A stretch of 64,000 bases of DNA, taken from contig CM102286.1 of NCBI GenBank assembly GCA_046563655.1, forward strand, positions 5,518,001 to 5,582,000, given 5' to 3'. Numbering within the stretch: position 1 is the first letter of the stretch; every line of letters starts with the position of its first letter. The notes under the pieces were generated by a model. That model searched no databases. It had not been told where the DNA came from and was given only the letters and a program-made list of their open reading frames with translations. Of the stretch, positions 40,822-53,593 are shown in pieces. Source of the stretch: Yuukianura sp. NJ FZ-2021 (Eukaryota). A program made the position numbers and the translations under genes.

Positions 40822-41609
40822 ATGACACGCTTGTTCACAATTTACTTCACATTTGTTGCAGTACTAACGACGTTTGTGACATTGTCCTCAAGTAAGAAAT
40901 ATTTGTGGTTTATTTTTTCAAAAAACTATACTGCACCAATTTTTTCTTCAAATTTTTACATGTAATTGTTGTTGCAGGTCTGGAATGCTACTACTGTCGC
41001 ACGAATGTGTGTTCTCATCAGTATTGCAACGAAGCAAACAGTTTGATGCAAGATTCCGAACAAGGCTTAAGTCCGGAAGCCTGGAAGAAAATTCCACCTT
41101 GTCCAGACGATGACAAAAAGCAGACAATTAAAGATGAAGAGGAGTACGTTCAAAAATGTCCGAAGAAAGCAACAGCTTGTGGTCGCTTCATTTTTAACAT
41201 TACGAGTACAGGATCCAAGCAGATTCTTCCAGCCGGTAACAATTCGGTCGTCCCTGTTTTGGGCGGTGGGGCACAGACCTTCAAGTCGTCAGTGATCGCG
41301 TATGGTTGTGTTTTGCCCAAGTATAAATCTTGTTCAACGGGATACTCAAAGGACTTCAAGGTGCCTTCCGTCCGCGAGTTAAGTTCAGGTCAAGTTGAAG
41401 TGACTGATGTTATTGTCACCAATACGGAGGCTGCTTGTTGTCACTGTGAGCAGGATCGCTGCAATGAATTTGATGGAACACTGACCTGCGACCAAAACGC
41501 TCCACAATCTGATCCTGCAGGCGGAACAGGCAACACAGGGGTCATTAATCAATTCCAAATTACAACTTTTCTGATTTTGGCTATTGGATATTTGTCCACG
41601 GTTTTATAA
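40822..41609 (+). CDS. Secreted, probably GPI-anchored Ly6/uPAR three-finger (quiver/sleepless-like) protein; exons 40822-40891 and 40978-41609
   Basis: Signal-peptide exon MTRLFTIYFTFVAVLTTFVTLSS, phase-1 intron, LECYYC start, CCHCEQDRCN end motif, hydrophobic C-terminal tail. Confidence 0.85.
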
Positions 41610-41824
41610 ACAACAGGAGAATTACATAAAATAAACTGACCATTTTCAAAAAATATTGCGAACGTTTTCCCCGCTAGAGCGAACTCATTTTAAAATTTTC
41701 AAAACTCAACAAAATTACTTTCAGGAACGAGATTTGCCAAATTTGGACTGCGTAGGTTCATTTTTTTTAAACTTAAACACTCAATATTTCTGATAAGTAT
41801 TTATTTTCAAAAAAAAAAATTTCT

Positions 41825-43940
41825 TTAGGAAATTGCACAGACTTCACCAATAGTTTCCACTTGCATGGCTATTCTGATTGCCAGCTCTCTTCCAAACGGT
41901 GCTATTGAATCGTCAGTCACTGATGGATCTTTTATACAATCATCACCACCAAATTCGCATAAACGGTAATGATGCAGTACACCAAGGTCTTCTGGAACGT
42001 TGACTGTTGTATAATTAGAAGCCATTTCCCATAGGAAATGATTTCCAGCCTCCACAACTTTCTCCGGGTCACAAATATATTTGGATCTGGAAGATCAAAA
42101 GCAGAATTTTAGGCTTTAGTTTGCTTTTAGTTTCCTAATTTGCTGGAATTTTTCAATGATCTGGAGCGAGTATTACCTTTGCCCGTGAGGATACAGCTCG
42201 GCTTTTCTTTGCAATTTTTGCAGCATTAGCATTTTTTGACTTAGGTTTTCTGCCGTTGGAAAACCAGTGAAATTGTATAGTTTCGAAAATGATGGATAAT
42301 TCGGAAATTGCAAGTAGAAGAAACCGTTCTGAAATAAGTATGCTCCATTCTTCGAGTTTTCAGAAATGTTATCAATGCTTTTCAGAAGCTCTGAATAGTT
42401 TAGGGCTTTGTGTGGCACAATCATTTCGTCAAAGTCCAGTACTGCTAAATATCTTGTGGAAGCTGAAATATGAACATCAAAGGTTCCCGAAATGAAACCT
42501 TAAAAATGAAGCCGTAACCTAATGGTGCCGTGAAAACTTTACCAACATTTAAAAAATATATCCTTATAAGTCTTACCACGCCGACGATATAGGCAGTCAT
42601 TAAGCGCTGCAAATATTCCTTCTGTTCTGATTTCTTTTTGCGAGATCATAGGGAGATTCCATGGAAGTAAAGTGACTTGATTTTGGTAAGCATTTCGCAG
42701 AATGCAGTCCAATTGTGGTCCCATGGTGTGATTGTAAAATGTAAAATGGCGTACGCCCATTAATTTATGAAATTCCATCCACTCCAAAAAAGCCAACCCC
42801 TTGTCGTAGTTATAGTGTATAGGTTTGACGCAGACAGAAAACTGCACAAAGTCTCCATAATCGAGTGTCGATGCCTCGGTAGCGTTAATTTTACGAGTGG
42901 CGTCGGCAACTTCGAGAAGGTGTAATGAATTTTCAGAACTAGAATTTTGAGAAATTACGGAGACGTATGATGGTCGCACATCATTAGGCGAAAGAGGACA
43001 CAGAACAAAGCATGCGCTGAAATTAAATGTTTTAAATTAAATTAAGTAATATTTGTAAAAAAAAAATTCACAAATTAATAATTCAATTATTCTGTCTCTC
43101 AGTGTCTGGTGCTAACAAAATTAATGATTTAGACAAAAATTTGTTGACATGCTCTACCTGTATTTCATGTCCCAGTGTTCCCTAATAAAACTAATAGTGG
43201 CATTGGAAGTATTAAACAGAAGTCCACGCCTATCATGAAATTGGCACTCCAGTTTCTCATTTCCGTAGGTTTTTCCCGCTCCGATTATCCGAATTGTGTG
43301 GCTGGAATTTACAAAAATATCAATTGCTATTCGTTATTACCTCGGTCGGGTAGTGGTAGTCGTCATACCTTGGTTCATCCCTCCGAGCGTGGTAGTAAGC
43401 TGCATAAACGTAAAACTTTTCGGATGTTCCTATGACAAGTTGCCAATCTGTATCAGCTTTGAGAGCGGGTTTCAGTATTTCGGCTTCACTTTTTCCAAAA
43501 GTCCTAATTCTTGTCTTTAAAACACCCATTTTGACAAGTGCTTCTGCACTGAAATCAAGTGTATTTGTCAGAGAATCACTTCGTAGGTTGTTCAACTCTT
43601 GTCTTGCATCAGCAACAATAACTTCAATGGGGTGAATTCGGCTAACAGGTTCTGATTTGACTTTCTTTTTAGAATTTCGAAAAGCGATTTGGGCAACGTC
43701 AAGCGGAGAGTTATTTACTTTCGGAATTTCTTTAAATTCTATAAATGTTTCCTGCTGAAGCTGAAACTGACCAAAAACTTGGAGTCCATTGTATGTTTTC
43801 TCTGATTGAAAATCAAGAATCATGAATAGTCCACAGAATATTATAACTGATGGAATTGCAATTAGAACTGGAAGGCGAACACGAGTACGAATTTTAACGC
43901 AGGAGCAGCAAGTGCTGAAAATGTTTGTCAACGTTAGCAT
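41825..43940 (-). CDS. Glycosyltransferase family 92 (DUF23, galt-1-like), 5 exons (43940-43369, 43301-43158, 43016-42577, 42462-42177, 42086-41825)
   Basis: Type II TM anchor; motifs FYVYAAYY, IREHWDMKYSACFVLC, FSVCVKP, FLEWMEFHKLMGVRHFTFYN, IRTEGIFAALNDCLYR, LDFDE (DxD), RSKYI, LHHYR; splice phases consistent. Confidence 0.9.
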
Positions 43941-44706
43941 CTCTCGGCTCGACGTTTTTACAAATAACTTGTGATGAGTAGGCTTTCCGATTCAAAATGC
44001 AGGTAGGTTATGAATTTTAATTAATTCAGCAACAATTTGTTCACAATAACAAATACACTGGTCACAATCAACCTATTTACACACAGACTACCTACCAATT
44101 TTATAGTAACAACAGAAACAAGTGGAAGCTAAAAATTTGATGAACTTTACTCGTACCTTTTGCAAAGGGCGAAACTGAAAATCTGGAGCAAAATTCATTT
44201 AAAAAAGTATCCTGATCCAACTTCCATATCTAAAATCCAAGCTTTGGTTGCATAAAATTGAATCGATTTTGCATATAAAGTGAGTTCAAAGGTCATTTTC
44301 ACCATCTGGAGCTGGATTCAAATAATACACGATGACCCTGAATTATTCAACCATATAATTTTTTACTCAACTGCAAATTGTAAGTTAACATGCTCGTAGT
44401 ATTTGCAAATATTTTTATATTCTGGTAAGTATAAACTTTTTCATACATTTCGCTAATTAATGGCACAATTAGTTCGAATTGTCAAACTTCAGTTCATTGA
44501 TTTCAGTACTGCACTTGACTTACTTTCTTTTCTAAGACTAGTTTTAAATCTGGTGTAAACTTAAGGTCAAGTGCAGGAAGTACAAGGCATTTAATATTAG
44601 CATAATAATAGTTCATCAATTAAGTCTTAAATGCTGCTTTGGTATACTGCACGCTCTTTTTTTTGAATCGGACAGCCTAATTTTAGCCAATACTGAATAA
44701 CTGGTT

Positions 44707-47200
44707 TCAAAGTTCGTCTTTCTGATCAACTGTGTTCATTTTGCTGGCCAACTTCTTCTTAATTGCAGCATTGACTATTGCCACATTCGAATTCTGAATG
44801 AGATCGACATAATTTTCAATTGCGGCTCGAAGTTTCCGGTCGTATCCAATGTGCTCATCTGCAGTCCTTATCACAACTTGTTGCAAATCTTCAAACTAAA
44901 ATCCAAACCAAAATGAAAATGTTGGGCGTCAACATTTGTTATTGGCAAATACTAATGAAAATCAAATCAGCCATTATAATAACAAAGTCACATTTGCAGC
45001 ATTGTAAAAGTGACGCAGCCTGGTATAAATTTTGTGCGTTACCTCGGCCTCGACTTCAGACACCCTCTGAAGTGCCTTTTCTATAGCCAGGTTCAAAATC
45101 GGCTCGTACTGTCGCAGCATTTGGTCGTTTTGAGTTAGAAAATTCTTCAGCTGAACATCTTCTAATACTGCTAATCTTTCCAATCCACTTCTTACTGTGC
45201 CAGCATCCTCTGAATCTTCAGGAATGTCTTCCAAATGCTTGTATTTACCAACTGTTTGTCGAATCTGTTAAAGCGTACAAATTTTGCAATATTTGGATGA
45301 AATTATTTTCAGAATATTAATGCACCTCTCACATTCGTAATTTATTTAAACTAATAGATTATAGGCATACTTGATCTTCAATAGTGGTGATTTCCTTAAG
45401 AATTTTTTGCAAACTCAGTAATAGGGAAATATCAAACAAGGAAGTTTCTGTAACGGCGGTGAATTCCGGAGATGGATTTTTCAATACGATTCCAACTTTG
45501 GCAAGTATAGGTTTGCACTTTGCAAAATTTTCTCGCAGTTTGGAAAATCTTCTCAAGTGCTTAATTAGTGCCTTCTTGGAGTTCAGTACGGATTCGTGAG
45601 CTGCTTGAAGCTGAAAGTATCGACATTTTTAGATCTAACGAGCTAAGATTTAAGAAATTTTTTTGAATTAGCTGCTTTACCTTGGCAGCAAAATCCAGTG
45701 TTAGCTGTCGGAGTTCTTCATATTCTTCTTGTAATGTCATTGAAAAGTAATCAACATCTTCTGCAGTTTCATCGTCTGGTCTTACGCCGTTCCAACTTTC
45801 AACCTTTGCGGTGTTCTCTTTAATATCTGCTTCAAACAATTCAAAAAGTTCTACAATTTCTTGACCATTTTCGCCTAAAATGTTTTCAAAGTACTCATGC
45901 TTTACGCTCATTAGCATCTGAAAAAAAAACAAAAATGATCATTGTATTTAGTAATTATAGTTCATCTATTTTAAGAAGGCGGGTTTGAAATTGGCGCAAA
46001 AGTTTTATTTTTGTTTACTGTTACCCCGGTTGACTTAAGATAGCTGTTGCGCATGTGTAACATGTGCAACAGCAACTGCGCGCGAGTGTCTTCTTTGTTC
46101 AAAACAGGTCAATTCCTTATTTTCATTTTATCTTATGTTTAACGTGGTTTTTCTTTCGTTAATTAATTGTTACTTCCATCAATAATGGGTAAAGGAAATC
46201 TTTTTTCTGACAATCGAAGGAGATGATTGCCAGTACAGTGCTATCGTTTCTAGAAGAGGAAAGAAAATTTGAGAACGAAGTGAAGTTGGGACACATGAAG
46301 CATTCGGATATTCCCATAGACTATCTGAATGTGACCGATAGAACTGCCAAAACATTGGCAGTTCCCGTGGTCTACTGTGAGCTGAATGCCATAGAATTGA
46401 TGTGGAGCATTGTCAAAGGCATCAAATTAAAAAAACGTTAATATAGAACATTATTTTAATAATGAGTTTGTTTCAGGTGAAATTTAGGAGACGCAACAAG
46501 ACTTTCAAGATTAAGGATGTACTTGCATTGGCTAGAGAAGTTATTCAATCCCCTGAGGTCAACCAACACTGGTTGGCTTGTATCAGGCATGTCATAGAAT
46601 TAGAAAACCTAATCATGGAAACTGAAAACAGCAAATACCTTTATGAGAACAAATCAAGATCGTATAATAATCGATTTGCGAAATGGATCGTCATCCGTCA
46701 CTGAGTCCAGCTCAGAATCCAGCGAAGAAGAGAGCGATTAAGTTTTAAAAAAAAATTCAATTAATTAGGATATGGGTTGTCGTAATTAAACTTTTGTCCA
46801 TGGGTAACCTTCATAGGAATTTAGCGTCAATTTCAAATTTACATTTTCTGAGTACAAAAAATTGGTCGCGCCTTAACTCAACCCGTCAAATTTTACTTGC
46901 GTTGCTACTAGGAACAGCGCAAAAATAAATTTGAAACCCGCCTTCTTAAAATAGATGAACTATAGTACATGTGGTTTAAGAAACTGTGTAATAAATTTCG
47001 AATCTTAAGCAAAATCAACTTACCTTCTCTTCAAAATGTATCGTTAGGTTGTACAGTTTGATGGTTACATTTAAACACGCATTGATACGGCCGTCTTTCA
47101 TGGGTCGTGATATGCCATTTCCATTTACGCTACTTGCGAATGTCCCTTGCAGAATTATCAAAAAACATGAAACCGACAACAAAAATTTGGAAGGCCACAT
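44707..47200 (-). CDS. Secreted, helical/coiled-coil-like protein of unknown function, 5 exons (47200-47024, 45917-45681, 45610-45371, ~45265-45043, 44895-44707)
   Basis: Signal peptide MWPSKFLLSVSCFLIILQGTFAS; ORF pieces join through canonical GT..AG introns; no family recognised. Confidence 0.7.
45958..46962 (+). mobile_element. Internally deleted IS630-Tc1-mariner DNA transposon (~1.0 kb) in intron 1 of the secreted-protein gene
   Basis: 35-bp TIRs tagttcatctattttaagaaggcgggttt(g/c)aaatt with one mismatch; TA duplication on both sides (45956-57, 46963-64). Internal remnant YCELNAIELMWSIVK..RRRNKTFKIKDV..HWLACIRHV is the C-terminal end of a DDE_3-type transposase. Confidence 0.92.
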
Positions 47201-48908
47201 TTTCGAAGAGTATTCGATCTCAACTTCACAAATGAAAGTGAGTTGTATTAAGTCTGCGAACCCGATATTTCAAGTTGCATTTTCAGCATTTCATAAAAGC
47301 CATAAAAGCGCTGATTACTATTCGCTACATTTCAGAAGTTTTAAGATAAAATTAATCCATAATGCTTATCATCTTGAGGGTGGAAGGAATCGATGAGACT
47401 TCTGCCGAAAGTTACAAGCGTTCATCGAACCTCAGAACTTAAAAACATCACAGAGTAGAAAATATTCTAAATTTTTCAGAGTGTTAGGTGGTACACTTGT
47501 TGTAATTGTAAAGCACGTAAACTTAGTAACTATGCAACTACTTATGTTCATTCGACTTCTGAATTTCCCCTATCTCTCTTTGTCAAAATCTCTTTGATAC
47601 GGAGTGAATTCTTATTTTAGGAATGAATGGTTGACGAAACAAAGAAACACTCTTTGTATCCTGCATAATTACTATCATCATATAAAATGTACAAATGCTA
47701 ATGCAATCAAATAAGTCTCAAATGCTTAATATACAAAGGTGACACTTTAAGGACAAGTTCGCGTTTTGAAAAAAGAGTAGTTTACTGGGTCTGCGACCCG
47801 GTCAACGACCATGCCAAATGGAGTTATGCTGCCTAAATGCATAATTAAACCACCGTATAACGCATTCCGCATACGTATTTATTGCGAACAGATAGATAGC
47901 ATTACGTTTTCGCAAATCCAGCATTAAAAAAAAACTTTCAAAAATAATCAAAATCCTGAGAAGCAGTGCTACAAGAACAACTATTCCTAATTGAATTTTG
48001 TGTCTCGTCATATTGAAAACTGGCAAAAATTTATTTGATGATTTTAGATTTTTGACACTGCTTTGCATTTTATTACACAAAATTCGCGATGACAGTTTTT
48101 GAGTTGGTTCGAGACAAGTCGTGGACGTCCGGAAAGCTAACCATACGAAAGATTCTCATTCTCGATCTCGACCGTAGTACATTTCTTTTGCCGTACAAAT
48201 TTCTTTTGCCCCCTCAGAATCCACTCACGAGTAGCAGCCCATTTAACTTTCAAACTCAACACATACTTAATTTCATTACCACCCTCACCACCTCGGCAGA
48301 AATCGTTCTAATGCTTTGACAAGTCAAAATCGTATTTTTCTGTCAGGGATAAATAGAAGTGGGAGCAATTCGTTTTCTTTCAGAACAGATTCTGCTTCGC
48401 TTCAACTTACTTGACTGAAACTCTCCAGTAGTCCTCCCTAGCGCTTTTCCGTTTAAGCAAAGTGAGTCACCAGCTCCGCCATATTGATTTTAGTCCAATT
48501 TTCAATTTTTGGCAAAGCTGTGCGAATAATTTAAAGGCAGGGTACTCAGGAATAATTAGTCAACCCAATTTTAGCATCGCTTTAGACATTAGAACATTCC
48601 TGTCTGTTTTTCTGCTCTTAAATATTACACTCAAAGCTTAAATCAATCCAATGAAAGAAATCCAAAGTCCTGGATAGAGTTGTCAACATTTAGTGTCAAT
48701 AAAAACGCGCTGTTTGGTGAATCCAGGGATATCTCGTCTTATGGAAGCCATTCGCTTACTGAATAGGAGTCCTCCTGTCAGTTGTACTTTTTACTGACCT
48801 AAACAAAAATGCTTTTTTCTGTATAGGTTTTCGGTTCCATTCGTTTTTTCATTTATTTTTATTTTCAACTTTTGGATTTCAAGGAAGCGTCCGCAGAGGA
48901 TAAGCGAA

Positions 48909-49625
48909 ATGAAGACACTCGTGGTGATCATCCTGGACGAATCGGCAAGCATGTCCGTAAAGGCGTTCGATGTCATCTCAGGGTTCAATGACTTCATCAA
49001 TGGGCAGAAGGAGGTCACTGCTGACACTGCTTCTGCTATTTTTGTCAAATTCAACGGAACCGTCACGGTTGTCCATGACGCGAGGCCAATCGACGAGCTG
49101 AACGAGCTTACGCCGAGGACGTACAGACCGTTTGGGCAGACAGCACTTTTCGATGCAATCTGGGAAGCCGTTCGACTGGGCGAGAAGAAGGAGGCGGACT
49201 TTGATCGTGTCCTTTGCTTAATTTTGACAGACGGAGAGGAGAATTGCAGCCGAATGATCACGAAGGCTGGAATTCGGAACTTGTTGAAGTCGAAGGAGGA
49301 CGCTGGAAAGTGGACGTTTCTGTACATTGGAGAGAACCCAGAACGTTGGGCCAGGGAAACTGGAATTTCGGCCGGAAATGTTGTCCAGTACAACCATGCT
49401 GCTCCAAAAATGAATTTTGCTGCACAAGTTGCTCCAGCCGTTTCGCAATTCCGTCAACAAGCACAGCAGCAGATGCAATGTTTGGCACAGCCGCCGGCAC
49501 CGAGGCTAGATTATCCTTTGCCACACTCAGTTCTCAACGCAGCAACTAAGCACGAACTTAAAATTGCGATTGAACAAGCAATTGAGGAAGAGCGCAAGAA
49601 GCAACTTAAAATATCTAATGAATAG
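48909..49625 (+). CDS. Stand-alone von Willebrand factor A (vWA) domain protein of bacterial-like type, with Gln-rich/helical tail
   Basis: MIDAS motif ILDESASMS, G-TALFDAI, ILTDGEENCS, WTFLYIG; uninterrupted 238-aa ORF. An upstream exon could extend the N-terminus. Confidence 0.85.
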   Translation: MKTLVVIILDESASMSVKAFDVISGFNDFINGQKEVTADTASAIFVKFNGTVTVVHDARPIDELNELTPRTYRPFGQTALFDAIWEAVRLGEKKEADFDRVLCLILTDGEENCSRMITKAGIRNLLKSKEDAGKWTFLYIGENPERWARETGISAGNVVQYNHAAPKMNFAAQVAPAVSQFRQQAQQQMQCLAQPPAPRLDYPLPHSVLNAATKHELKIAIEQAIEEERKKQLKISNE

Positions 49626-50174
49626 TCAACATGGCCTTTTTTTTGTACAAGTTGTGATTATTTTAAAAAAAAATAATTGTAAAACGGCTAACTATCATCA
49701 AACCATGTATTATATGTAAAAACGTTTTACACCTCGTTTTGAATTGGTTCAATCGTCATACATAATTTTCTTGTTTGTTTTCAGCTCAATACAAGTTAGT
49801 TTTCAGTGTTTGTATTAAACATGAAGCCAAAGCCGAAAAGGTACATCTGTTTTTTTGCCGTTTAAATAAAGAAAAATAAATGTTAAAAATTTATAGTTTG
49901 CGTTGGATGCAGTTACTTTGCTCATTTTTGCCCAATAGTGAATCACGTAGTTAAATTTTAAAAAATTAACGAAATAGCCACAAACTTGAGAATTTTTCAT
50001 TTTGTAAATTTTAGCTTATTCAAACAATGCTGTAGGTCGAAGTCGTTCTTTCTGCAACCGTTGTCAAAAAGTTAAAGATTATGTTGACCAAGCGTAATTC
50101 GGTTCTAAAGCAAAAAGTTTACAGCGATGCTTACTGCTAAATAGGAATGGAGAAACCAAACATGTAAAGTTAAT

Positions 50175-51016
50175 AAACAATAAACTTCTTGCAAAGACGA
50201 TATAAATAAGTATCGTCAGATCAATTATAGACAGTTCCCGCGCAAGATACTGTTGGCCTTGATCTCTGATATTATTAGAGGTCACTTGAGGTCAAACAAC
50301 ATTCGGATTCTTAGTCCTCGCGTCGTCAAATATCCATCCCCTGAAACCACTTCCGAATCGGTCCATCCGTTTCCCAATTGTAGAGAAAACCATGACCTTG
50401 AGCCTTGACCATGTTACAGGTCACTTGAGGTGAATCCAAAAACTGATTTTTAGTCATCTGGTCAGCAGTTACTAATTAAAGAAAACCGCTTTAGAAATCA
50501 ATCTAGTGCTTATAGAGTTATATCAGTTTTTTTAAACAACATAATTGGAAATTTCAAAACGTTAAAAATTTAGTAGGAAAATCACTCTTTTTAAATAACA
50601 TAATTCTAAATTCCAAAACGTTAAAAATTTAGTAGGAAAATCACTCTTTTTAAATAACATAATTCTAAATTCCAAAACGTTAAAAATTTAGTAGGAAAAT
50701 CACTCTTTTTAAATAACATAATTCTAAATTCCAAAACGTTAAAAATTTAGTAGGAAAATCACTCTTTTTAAATAACATAATTCCAAACTCCAAAAAGTTA
50801 AAAATTTAGTAGGAAAATCACTTTTTTTAAATAACATAGTTCCAAATTCCAAAGGCTAATTTTTAGTTATCTGGTCAGTAGTTACTAATTTAAAAACACC
50901 ATTTAGAAATCAATGCAGTGGTTATCGAGTTGTAAGCATTAGAAGGACGGACGGACAGACAGACAGATGGACGGACGGATAAGACGATCCCTATAAGTAT
51001 CTGACGATACTTAATA
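50175..51016. mobile_element. DINE-1/HINE-like non-autonomous Helentron element
   Basis: Subterminal inverted repeat taagtatcgtcagat (~50207-50221) versus atctgacgatactta (~50999-51013); terminal hairpin taagtatc-tgac-gatactta; GGAC/AGAC microsatellite at 50945-50979; internal tandem repeat; A-rich flanks. Confidence 0.8.
50531..50852. repeat. 59-bp tandem repeat (~5.4 copies) inside the Helentron-like element
   Basis: gttaaaaatttagtaggaaaatcact recurs every 59 bp from 50561. Confidence 0.95.
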
Positions 51017-53593
51017 AAGTAGCTTTCGCTACAAGGACAATCGGAATTTTACCCTGGTTTGTTTTAAATCCCGTCGTCTGAGGACATCTATCATGGTCCA
51101 ATGGCGGGAGAGACCAACCTTGTTCGCCAAAAGGGAGCAACCCCACATAGTACGATGAAAAATGAAATTACAAAAAGCAGAAAACATTCCTCCTAATCCT
51201 ACCTAACTAATATAAATGCTTAAACAAATATGAAATAGCTTATGACTTTTAAAAAATATATAAATTTAAACAGAAGTATTAATTTAATTAACTAAACTGA
51301 TACAAAATTGCGACTAATACCTGAGATCGTCCGTCATTGCTGTGAGGCCAGCGTCACTAGAACGACAACGACGATGTAAATAAGATATAGATAACTTGTT
51401 CTTTCATTCTTTTCAGCACCAAATTAAACCCGAGGTTTATAAAATTCAAAGTAAACTGCATGAAAATAAAGTGTAAGAATTGACACACTAAATGAAGTTT
51501 CCTTTCAAAGAGAAAATTAGACACAATCGAAATTTTGCCTTGATTATGATGACAAAACTCAAGTCGTGCTGCCCAAGTCTAGTTAAACCATCGCCTACAA
51601 CCTATATGGCGTTTCGTATTTCCATTAAAAATCGTAAATTGGGTTGTATGTGACTAGAAGTGAGCAGATCACGTCATTGATCCCGTCTTCAGGTGTGTCG
51701 GGTCACACCGTCATTATTTGGAACTGATCCGATACAATAAGTAACTTGTGCATAAGGTTTACACAGCGTTGGCTTTGCACGAAAATGATGCTCTCAATTC
51801 GTGATCCGTCCAATTTATTTTCTTTTGATGCCTTTTCCCATCGCTTTCATAAACATAATAAGCGACGTTGTTGGCTATTCAAACTGGAAACTAATTTAAC
51901 AGTTTCGTTATTTTTAAATGAGTTTTTAGAGCCAATGAAATGTCATACACCATTCACCACAATGTCACTTTTCGATTAAGTCTAGAAGCGAAGCAGGACG
52001 ATGAGTGACTTTTTAGAATCTACAGTGAAAGTCACTGACTTTTTTTTACCCTATTCAACTTTTTTGTACAAAATAACAAAATAGTATTCAATTTGTTTCG
52101 TGCAAACTTTCAAAACAGCATTTTCAACTTATTCTGAATAGAACAAGACAACATTCTTCTGTTTTCGGTAAAAAAAAAAGAATATCAGAGAACCTAGCCT
52201 TAACGCTTAATAGTTCCGAGCAATAAAATCCATGACTTGCAGAACTACGAATGTTTTTGCGAAATATAAGTTTAGGAATGAGCGACTCTAATTGAGGAGT
52301 AAACTTTGATGAGGTTGAGCAGACTAAAAGTTAAAACTATTAGCCCTAACTCTTATTGTGCTTTGTTATGTGATGGTTGTATAGGAAATGTTGGAACCCG
52401 GTACAAACTGATGCCAAAATGACCTGAGCATGTAATCCAACGTCAGTGAAAGCGGGTTATTTGATTATATTCAGGTTATTTCATTCTGTTGATATTATTC
52501 GTCCATCTGCTAATTTTCCCATGTATTCGTGATCAAAACCTACATTTTCACGTTCAGTGCCTACCTACACTTTCGGTTTCAGCAAACACATTAAAACCCT
52601 GTCATGTATAATCGCTTTTCAACGTTCGTTTGGTTCTTTTCCAATTTGGATGCCACCATGCTCATAATAAATCGTCAATTCTAATTTTTCTGTGAGTTTA
52701 ATGCAGAAGGAGGTGAAACTTTTCCTACAACAAAATTTTATTTTCGATGCATATTTCTTCGTGGGGTGAGCAAATAAACCAAAAATAAAATAAACTAATT
52801 TTGTTTTCATCAATAGTATGGAATTGTTCTTTCCCTGCACGTTTTATAGCATAAGAAAGTTGTTAAAAAATTTTTAAACGCAATATTTCACAACTTCCTA
52901 TATTAAAAAAAAATCTGCTTTAGTGAAAGTTTTTGACATGATAGAAAGTGAAAATTTTCCCTTATCCTGCGAGAAACACTGAAACGTAAATTAAGCAAAA
53001 AAAAAGAACTTACCCAATCCGGTAAATTTTTATCTAGGTTTGGCATGTTTCTGTTTCTCTTTAATTTGCCTTGTTGAAAACTAAGTCATTGTTGTTGTTT
53101 TTCGTATCGAATTTTAACCATAAAACTTATTTTTTTCCATCTTTCTATTTTTCACTTCAGAATTTGTCAAGCAAAACTGGCGGAGTATGGATTCGAATTA
53201 GTTAGTTATTAATATTGTAAGCATGTTTATTTTAAGTGCTGGACTGCAATTGTTCCTGTACTAGACACAGTAGATATATTTGTACATCTTTGTTTGCCAA
53301 CACAGGAAACACTTTGGATTTGCCATGTCAAGTTTTTACGTCCAAAACAATCCAACCAAGGTTTAAAAAATGAATATAATAAATATGAATATTTGGAACA
53401 AATTGTGACTACAATTAACTACAGTATTTGATCTACTCAATACAGGATCTAATACTGCCAGTACTTTTGAATAACCCAATCCCCTTTCGCTGTCTAGTTA
53501 AACAGAATAAATTACGTCTGCAAAGCACTGTTGGCGTTGGCTACTAAAATTCTCAACAGTAGTTACAATTCGAAAATTCAATGCCTCCTTAAA

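Noticed and set aside
48791..49549. Overlapping antisense and alternative-frame ORFs over the vWA gene
   Set aside because: Shadow ORFs of a GC-richer coding sequence; no recognisable motifs.
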